From IMG/VR virus record IMGVR_UViG_3300042198_000079, positions 80,635 to 144,634 of that record: DNA of 64,000 nucleotides; one strand, given 5' to 3'. A model generated the notes under the pieces. It made no database searches. It was not told where the DNA came from and saw nothing but the letters and a program-made list of their open reading frames with translations. Position numbers and translations under genes: made by a program. Below, piece after piece: positions 58,583-64,000 of the stretch (the first letter of the stretch is position 1; each line of letters opens with the position of its first letter). The stretch comes from a virus.

Positions 58583-59947
58583 ATGAACAACATTCTAACT
58601 GGAAAAATAATGATTATCGGTGGAATTTTAGTGACTTTTTGGAATAATATAAGAAATTTTACAAATTCTATAGTTTCGATATTTTGGAGACATGAATACT
58701 TTGATGGAGATTTGGGAATAGAACTTTTTGATTTAATTATAAAAAATTCAAAGGTCTATTCTTGGGGAAGTAGAGAATATTCAAACGAATTTGTATGGTC
58801 TAAGAAGAAACAAAAAAATTTAAGAGTTATTGTTTCTATGCCCACAATGTATTTTTGTCTATATAATAATAAAATACCTCTGATTTTAAATTATGATGTT
58901 TATGGAGGAGACTTTACCGGTTCGTGTTTATCTGTAAAATACTTTTCATTTTTGTTTTCTTTAGACGATCTTTTATTTAAAACGCAAAATATTTTCTTTA
59001 ATAAAAATTCTACAGAAAAAGCAAAAAAATCTAATTTTTTCTTGTATAGTGTTAGTAGCACTTCTGTTACAAATGTATTATCTTCGACGATGTTAGGCAA
59101 CAATAACGGTTCTATGGAACCTTCTGGGAGTCGTCATTCGGAAAACAAAAACAATTCAAACGAAGGACAAAAACAATTTATTCCAATTTTAAAAGACAAG
59201 GGAAAATATTATGGTTTTGATTACACAGAAGAAGTTTTTGGTGAATACGAAGAAACAAATAAAAAATCATATTATAAATCGAAATACTATGAAAGTTTAA
59301 AAACCGAAATATTATTTTGGACGAATAACAGAGACTGGTATGAAACTAGAGGGATTGTTTGGAAAAGAGGTGCCCTTTTAACAGGAAAGCAAGGAACTGG
59401 CAAATCTAGAATGGTTAGAGAAATTGCCCAAGAACTAAACCTCCCAATTGCACAGTTTAATATATCTGATATGTCTTCTACTGAATTTGATAATTTATTT
59501 AAAAATTATTCTAAACTCGGATATAATGGAAATGGATGCATAATCTTAATAGAAGATATAGATGTTATTTTTAATGGTAGAGTTAATATATTACAACAAA
59601 ATTTAGAAAAAAAATTATTATCGTTCGATACTTTGATAAATGCAATTTCAGGTATTAAAGAAAATTCTGGAATATTTGTAATAGTAACAACAAACCATAT
59701 TGAAAAATTAGATCCTGCATTAATTAGACCCGGAAGACTAGATTTTAAATTAGAAGTAGGAAACCCAGAAAAAGAAGGATATGAGTTTATTGCTAAACAA
59801 ATATTAAATGGATACGATGATGAAATTCATAATGTTATAAAAAGAGGAATCGAAGAACAAATGACTGTTTCCGAATTTGAAAATGCTTGTATAGAAAAAG
59901 CAATAGATTGTTTAGAAATAGACAAACAACTTGGAATTCTTGATTAA
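58583..59947 (+). CDS. BCS1-like AAA+ ATPase
   Basis: WYETRGIVWKRGALLTGKQGTGKS, LIEDID, LINAISG, TTNHIEKLDPALIRPGRLD; hydrophobic N-terminus. Confidence 0.85.
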   Translation: MNNILTGKIMIIGGILVTFWNNIRNFTNSIVSIFWRHEYFDGDLGIELFDLIIKNSKVYSWGSREYSNEFVWSKKKQKNLRVIVSMPTMYFCLYNNKIPLILNYDVYGGDFTGSCLSVKYFSFLFSLDDLLFKTQNIFFNKNSTEKAKKSNFFLYSVSSTSVTNVLSSTMLGNNNGSMEPSGSRHSENKNNSNEGQKQFIPILKDKGKYYGFDYTEEVFGEYEETNKKSYYKSKYYESLKTEILFWTNNRDWYETRGIVWKRGALLTGKQGTGKSRMVREIAQELNLPIAQFNISDMSSTEFDNLFKNYSKLGYNGNGCIILIEDIDVIFNGRVNILQQNLEKKLLSFDTLINAISGIKENSGIFVIVTTNHIEKLDPALIRPGRLDFKLEVGNPEKEGYEFIAKQILNGYDDEIHNVIKRGIEEQMTVSEFENACIEKAIDCLEIDKQLGILD

Positions 59948-60762
59948 AAAGTGGGTTCCGGTGTTCCGATTTCTCCAAAATAACTTTTATACATCATTTT
60001 AGAATAAGAAAATTTACAACTTCTAGTTATGTTGCTACTTGGTTTATAATCTAATTTAAATCCTGATATGTCATGAGGTTGACAATCGTAAAATTCCCAA
60101 GAGTTTCTGACTTGTATATCATCAGTAATACCTTTTCCGCCACATTCCAAACTCAATTGATAAATTGTAATTTTCGATTTTAAATCATCGTCGTTTGGAG
60201 ATAAATTAATAGATCCTTTATATCCACATGCAATTGACCAAGGTCTTAAAAAAGAATCTGTATATGAAACAACATGTTCTCTGAATTCTAATCCCAAAAT
60301 ATTTTCATTTTTTCTTGCAACTGTTACTGGAACTTGAATAAAATTAGAATCTTCCATTCCACCTGCATCCGTAGTGCTGTAACTATATCCGGGAATATCT
60401 GTAGATTCACAATATAAACAAACAAATGGAGTAGAATTTTTATCAGAATATCCGCCCATGTCTTTGAATAAAGTGTCTAATTTATCTAAATTTACATCTA
60501 ATTCACAATCTAATCCTTTTACTCTATTTTTAATATGTGATAAATTGTTCGGTTGAATAAATGCCACCCAATGCGATGACATTGGTAATTTTTTTCTAAT
60601 GTCGTCTCCGTAAATTTGAGATATAAATCTAATGAATATATTCTTATAAAAAGTATTAGTTTCTCTAGATTGTTTATATTTTAATAATTCAGCATATTTT
60701 TGTCTGACTATTTGTCTACCTTGTTGTCTAGACAGGCAAGAAAAATCGAAATTAGATGGCAT
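59944..60762 (-). CDS. Tail tube-fold / baseplate-tube junction protein (gp54/gp19-like)
   Basis: DIPG, LEFRE...SYTDSFLRPW, WEFYDCQP, FSY. Confidence 0.65.
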   Translation of the reverse strand: MPSNFDFSCLSRQQGRQIVRQKYAELLKYKQSRETNTFYKNIFIRFISQIYGDDIRKKLPMSSHWVAFIQPNNLSHIKNRVKGLDCELDVNLDKLDTLFKDMGGYSDKNSTPFVCLYCESTDIPGYSYSTTDAGGMEDSNFIQVPVTVARKNENILGLEFREHVVSYTDSFLRPWSIACGYKGSINLSPNDDDLKSKITIYQLSLECGGKGITDDIQVRNSWEFYDCQPHDISGFKLDYKPSSNITRSCKFSYSKMMYKSYFGEIGTPEPTF

Positions 60763-60775
60763 AATCTTTTTATAT

Positions 60776-60937
60776 TTATTTGTTTGTAGACTGTTCTTGT
60801 TGTTTCAAAGATCGATTAAACTTATCATCTACTTTGTTTCTAAGAATATTAACAATAGTTTTTTTAGCACCAATAGGATTTTGATCCATAACTGCATTTT
60901 TTACAAATTCTATAATTTCTTTTTGATACTTTTTCAT
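60776..60937 (-). CDS. Small helical late protein (53 aa), possible gp67-like prohead core protein
   Basis: Hand translation MKKYQKEIIEFVKNAVMDQNPIGAKKTIVNILRNKVDDKFNRSLKQQEQSTNK*; CATAAATA upstream; not in the ORF track. Confidence 0.65.
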   Translation of the reverse strand: MKKYQKEIIEFVKNAVMDQNPIGAKKTIVNILRNKVDDKFNRSLKQQEQSTNK

Positions 60938-60964
60938 ATTAATATATTTATGGCATTTGTAATT

Positions 60965-61321
60965 TCATTGCCAATTGTTTTTTTGATCTTTCATGGTTTT
61001 AATATTTCCTTCGTCTCTTGATTTTGCTTTAGAACCTTTTTTTCTTCTTTTTTTGTTTTTACCATATAGTAATGATGCAGGTATTCCTCTTTTTAATAAA
61101 ACAGCATCTCGTTTTCTTTTTGTATTTCTTTGCGAATCATTTACAAAAAAGTCTCCATTTTTTGCATTGCTGTCTTTGTCGTCTGTTGCTCTTCTCGGCA
61201 ATAATTCTTTTCTAGTATAATTATGCGATTTATATTTTCCTCTTTTAGATGCCTTTCTCGGAATTAATCTTTCCAAAATAAAGTCCTTGACAAATTCATC
61301 GAATTTAGGTAACATATACAC
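60965..61321 (-). CDS. Highly basic CTS-leader protein
   Basis: TATAAATA 61327-61334; MLPKFDEFVKDFILE; K/R-rich body. Confidence 0.65.
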   Translation of the reverse strand: MYMLPKFDEFVKDFILERLIPRKASKRGKYKSHNYTRKELLPRRATDDKDSNAKNGDFFVNDSQRNTKRKRDAVLLKRGIPASLLYGKNKKRRKKGSKAKSRDEGNIKTMKDQKNNWQ

Positions 61322-61333
61322 ATATATATTTAT

Positions 61334-62329
61334 ATGTTAAAGATTAACAATAGATTTATTCTTTCTAAATTAGATTCGTTGGGAATAAATAAAACCTCCT
61401 CTGGAGGAAATTGGAAATTTTCTTGTCCTATTTGCAGAGAAGGCAAATCTTTCGGGAAAAAGAAAAGATGTTTTTTCTTAAAAGATGGATATTTCGTGTG
61501 TTTTAATTGTAGTAAAGCATGGAGTCCATATAATTTTTTTAATGAAATTTTGCAAATTTCATTAAAAGATTTCATATCAGAACACAATGAATATATAAAT
61601 GAAAACAAATCAGAAGACTTGTTTTTACAAAGGAAATATATTTCTCTTGAAGAAGAAAATGACGAAGAAGAATCGAATATTTTACCTTTTGGGTCTATTC
61701 ATTTAGAAGACAAAACACAAGTAGATTTTTATAAAAACGATTACAATATAAACAGTGCATTAGAATATTGCAAAAGAAGAAGATTGTTCGATGCAATAAA
61801 TAAAGTTCCTATTTATTTTACAAGTAAAGATTACATACATAAAAACAGAATCATACTACCATATTATAAAAACGGGAAAATTGTTCATTATCAATCTCGT
61901 TTAATAAAATCGTCTTCCTTTATTCCTAAATATTTGTCAAAACCGAATTCTAAAAAATGTTTCTTTAATGAAGACAATATTGATTGGGAATATCCTTATA
62001 TTTTCATTTTTGAAGGTCCGATTGACAGCATGTTTGTAAAAAACGGAATAGCAATGGGAGGATTAACATGTAATTCTGAACAAAAAGACATATTAGATTT
62101 TTATAAAATAACAAAAGAAATTATCTATGTATTGGATAATCAAATAGATAACAAAGAAGTAGTTACTCGTTATTTGAAGTTAGAGGAACAAGGAGAAAAA
62201 GTGTTTCTTTGGAACGATATTAAGGAAAAAGATATTAATGAATGGGTAGTGAAAAACCACAAAAATTTATTCGACTCAGAAAGAATTGTTAAAAATTCAG
62301 GAAGTCCTTTAATTTTATTAAATAGATAA
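61334..62329 (+). CDS. gp61: DNA primase gp61
   Basis: Zinc finger CPIC...CFNC, RIILP, EGPIDSMF, LDN, KDINE. Confidence 0.93.
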   Translation: MLKINNRFILSKLDSLGINKTSSGGNWKFSCPICREGKSFGKKKRCFFLKDGYFVCFNCSKAWSPYNFFNEILQISLKDFISEHNEYINENKSEDLFLQRKYISLEEENDEEESNILPFGSIHLEDKTQVDFYKNDYNINSALEYCKRRRLFDAINKVPIYFTSKDYIHKNRIILPYYKNGKIVHYQSRLIKSSSFIPKYLSKPNSKKCFFNEDNIDWEYPYIFIFEGPIDSMFVKNGIAMGGLTCNSEQKDILDFYKITKEIIYVLDNQIDNKEVVTRYLKLEEQGEKVFLWNDIKEKDINEWVVKNHKNLFDSERIVKNSGSPLILLNR

Positions 62330-62382
62330 TATGAAAAAATTTAATATATAAGAATAGTCAATTACTCCGTTTATCATTATAT

Positions 62383-62913
62383 TCAATACTCATTATATTC
62401 CATCACCTCTATTTCTAAAGTTTGGTGTATTTGCGATATTGTATCTAAAAAGTCTTGAAAATTTACTCCTCCTTCGATCCTAATCCTATTTTCTTTTTCT
62501 TTTCCTTCTAATGCTATGATAAAATTAAACAAATTAGAATCAAGTTGATCTTTTACTTTTATGTTTACTTCCAAAGGGTTTTCTCCGCGAAATTGTTCTA
62601 ACGCTTCATTTATATTTTCGTAATGTTTAATTACTTTTTGATCTAGTATGTTTTGTTCTTCTGCTGTATTTTTTTTATTGAAATTATAGATTAGTTCGAT
62701 CTTAGGAATTAAAAATATTATTTCTCCTTTTGAATTTTTACGTTTTTCAAATTTCAATGTGCCTATTTTAATATTTATCGAATCACTAATTTCTGATTTA
62801 AACTCTTTAAACATATCTATATATTCCTTCGGTGAATACTCATCTGGATTGTATGAATAATTCTTAGCAGTATTGTCGATGATTTCTGTTATAAATTCGT
62901 TAAACTTTTTCAT
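62383..62913 (-). CDS. Hypothetical protein with CTS-like start
   Basis: MKKFNEFITE. Confidence 0.65.
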   Translation of the reverse strand: MKKFNEFITEIIDNTAKNYSYNPDEYSPKEYIDMFKEFKSEISDSINIKIGTLKFEKRKNSKGEIIFLIPKIELIYNFNKKNTAEEQNILDQKVIKHYENINEALEQFRGENPLEVNIKVKDQLDSNLFNFIIALEGKEKENRIRIEGGVNFQDFLDTISQIHQTLEIEVMEYNEY

Positions 62914-62921
62914 ACAGGAGT

Positions 62922-63437
62922 TTATTTTTTCTTATCGCCATTAATACTATCGAACGGATCGGCAATTTTCTGACCAATCGATACTGCACCTATACCTTGA
63001 ATACGTGCTTTAATACGCGCAAGACCTTCAATAGCATCAGCAATACCTCTTTGTTGTTGAGTAATCAAGTTGAACAAATCCCTCTTTAATTTTGCGTCTG
63101 ATAGTTGGCTAACAGTAGACGCTAAAAAAGATCCAAGACTAGAAGGATCGTTTTCCACGTTTCCGATAACACTCGAAACTAAATCAATTTTATTAACCAT
63201 TTTTTTCAAAACAGCAGCATCGTTTTGGTTTGCATTCAAAATTTTGTTTTGTTGCATTCCTTGAAGTTCTGTGGATTTCCTGTTTAACATTTCGTCGGGA
63301 TCATCGTCTCCAAAATCTTCATCGTCTAAATTTATATCGTCCATTCCCATGTTGAGAGAATTGGTTTCTTCAAATAAAAGATTTGTTTTTTTTGCTTTGG
63401 TTAATTCTTTTAAAAAATTTCTCGCGTATATATCCAT
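62922..63437 (-). CDS. Hypothetical late protein
   Basis: TATAAATA 63446-63453 lies 8 nt before ATG 63437 (MDIYARNFLKEL). Confidence 0.65.
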   Translation of the reverse strand: MDIYARNFLKELTKAKKTNLLFEETNSLNMGMDDINLDDEDFGDDDPDEMLNRKSTELQGMQQNKILNANQNDAAVLKKMVNKIDLVSSVIGNVENDPSSLGSFLASTVSQLSDAKLKRDLFNLITQQQRGIADAIEGLARIKARIQGIGAVSIGQKIADPFDSINGDKKK

Positions 63438-63500
63438 ATCGAATATATTTATACTTTGTGTTGCAAACAATAAAATTTTGACATAAAGTATTTAGAAAAT

Positions 63501-64000
63501 ATGTTAAAATTTAATAAACCTACTAATAATTTTTTATTTGTTTCGTGTACAAGACATACGAAAGCGAATTTTGAAAAACAAAATAAATTATACAAATCGA
63601 TAAAAATATTAGAAAAAATAGAAAACGTAGAATTTAAAATTCATTATGAGAATATTACAGGACTATCTAAAATTTATAATCAATATATAAATGAAAATTA
63701 TAGAAATAAAATTGTTATTTTTTTACATGACGATGTTATCATAGAAGATTTATTTTTAATTGAAAAATTAACAGATTCGCACAAAACAAATGATATAGTC
63801 GGTCTTGCTGGAACTGTTGGCGATATTGATTTTACATTACCACATCTAATGTGGCACACTTGTAGTTTTGATAATTGGTCTGAAAACATAAAACATTTAA
63901 GAGGTTTTGTTCAACATCCTCATCAATTATCCAGTCAAAATAATTTAATTATAAATCAAACAGCATTTGGATATTCGCCATGTAAAGTTAATTTCATTGA
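63501..64000 (+). CDS. GT2-like glycosyltransferase, partial (runs off window end)
   Basis: Hand translation MLKFNKP...GLSKIYNQYI...IFLHDDV...DIVGLAG; not in the ORF track. Confidence 0.75.
   Translation, partial: MLKFNKPTNNFLFVSCTRHTKANFEKQNKLYKSIKILEKIENVEFKIHYENITGLSKIYNQYINENYRNKIVIFLHDDVIIEDLFLIEKLTDSHKTNDIVGLAGTVGDIDFTLPHLMWHTCSFDNWSENIKHLRGFVQHPHQLSSQNNLIINQTAFGYSPCKVNFI

Noticed and set aside
63478-63510. TTGACA promoter for the terminal GT gene
   Set aside because: At 17-nt spacing the -10 position falls on the start codon; there is no acceptable -10 box.
1655-63889. Many 60-150 aa ORFs antisense or out of frame within long genes (e.g. 2700-2975, 8896-9342, 14120-14491, 38699-39052, 39366-39948, 55167-55688, 63698-63889)
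   Set aside because: They overlap well-supported genes, have no motifs or promoters, and show the F/L/I/S-rich composition of antisense shadows.
1-64000. CRISPR array, tRNA or rRNA genes
   Set aside because: I saw no regularly spaced repeats and no cloverleaf or T-loop in a suitable context. GGTTCGA near 44433 lacks tRNA stems. A tRNAscan or Infernal run would be needed to exclude divergent RNAs.

Overview
An AT-rich, gene-dense 64-kb segment of a large T4-like myophage, read with the standard genetic code. Replication, recombination and transcription genes: partial gp41, uvsX, gp43, gp46/gp47, late sigma gp55, dda, uvsY/uvsW and gp61 primase. Nucleotide metabolism: dUTPase, a class Id-like nrdB and an nrdA with two inteins. 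Morphogenesis: gp4, gp53, and hub, tape-measure-like, gp26-like and tube-fold proteins. Accessory genes include several glycosyltransferases, a MoxR-vWA pair, an IF-1 homologue, a DNA methyltransferase and a subtilase. The most striking pattern is about 16 otherwise unrelated ORFs, concentrated at about 25-52 kb. Most sit 5-9 nt behind a T4 late promoter (TATAAATA or a variant), and they begin with a leader resembling the T4 capsid-targeting sequence (M-x-x-F-x-x-[YF]...[LI]-x-E). Their downstream domains look like host-modifying enzymes: a protein kinase, about three ADP-ribosyltransferase-like domains, two GNATs, two zincins, a NUDIX hydrolase and an Ntn hydrolase whose catalytic Cys directly follows the predicted prohead-protease cut. 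The window also shows turnover of this set: a GC-rich foreign fragment captured behind the leader, a cassette flanked by 59-bp direct repeats, and decayed copies. I infer a modular arsenal of virion-packaged, injected effectors. Promoter-to-start spacing suggests mostly leaderless or very short-leader mRNAs. All calls come from motif recognition by eye; no database searches were run.
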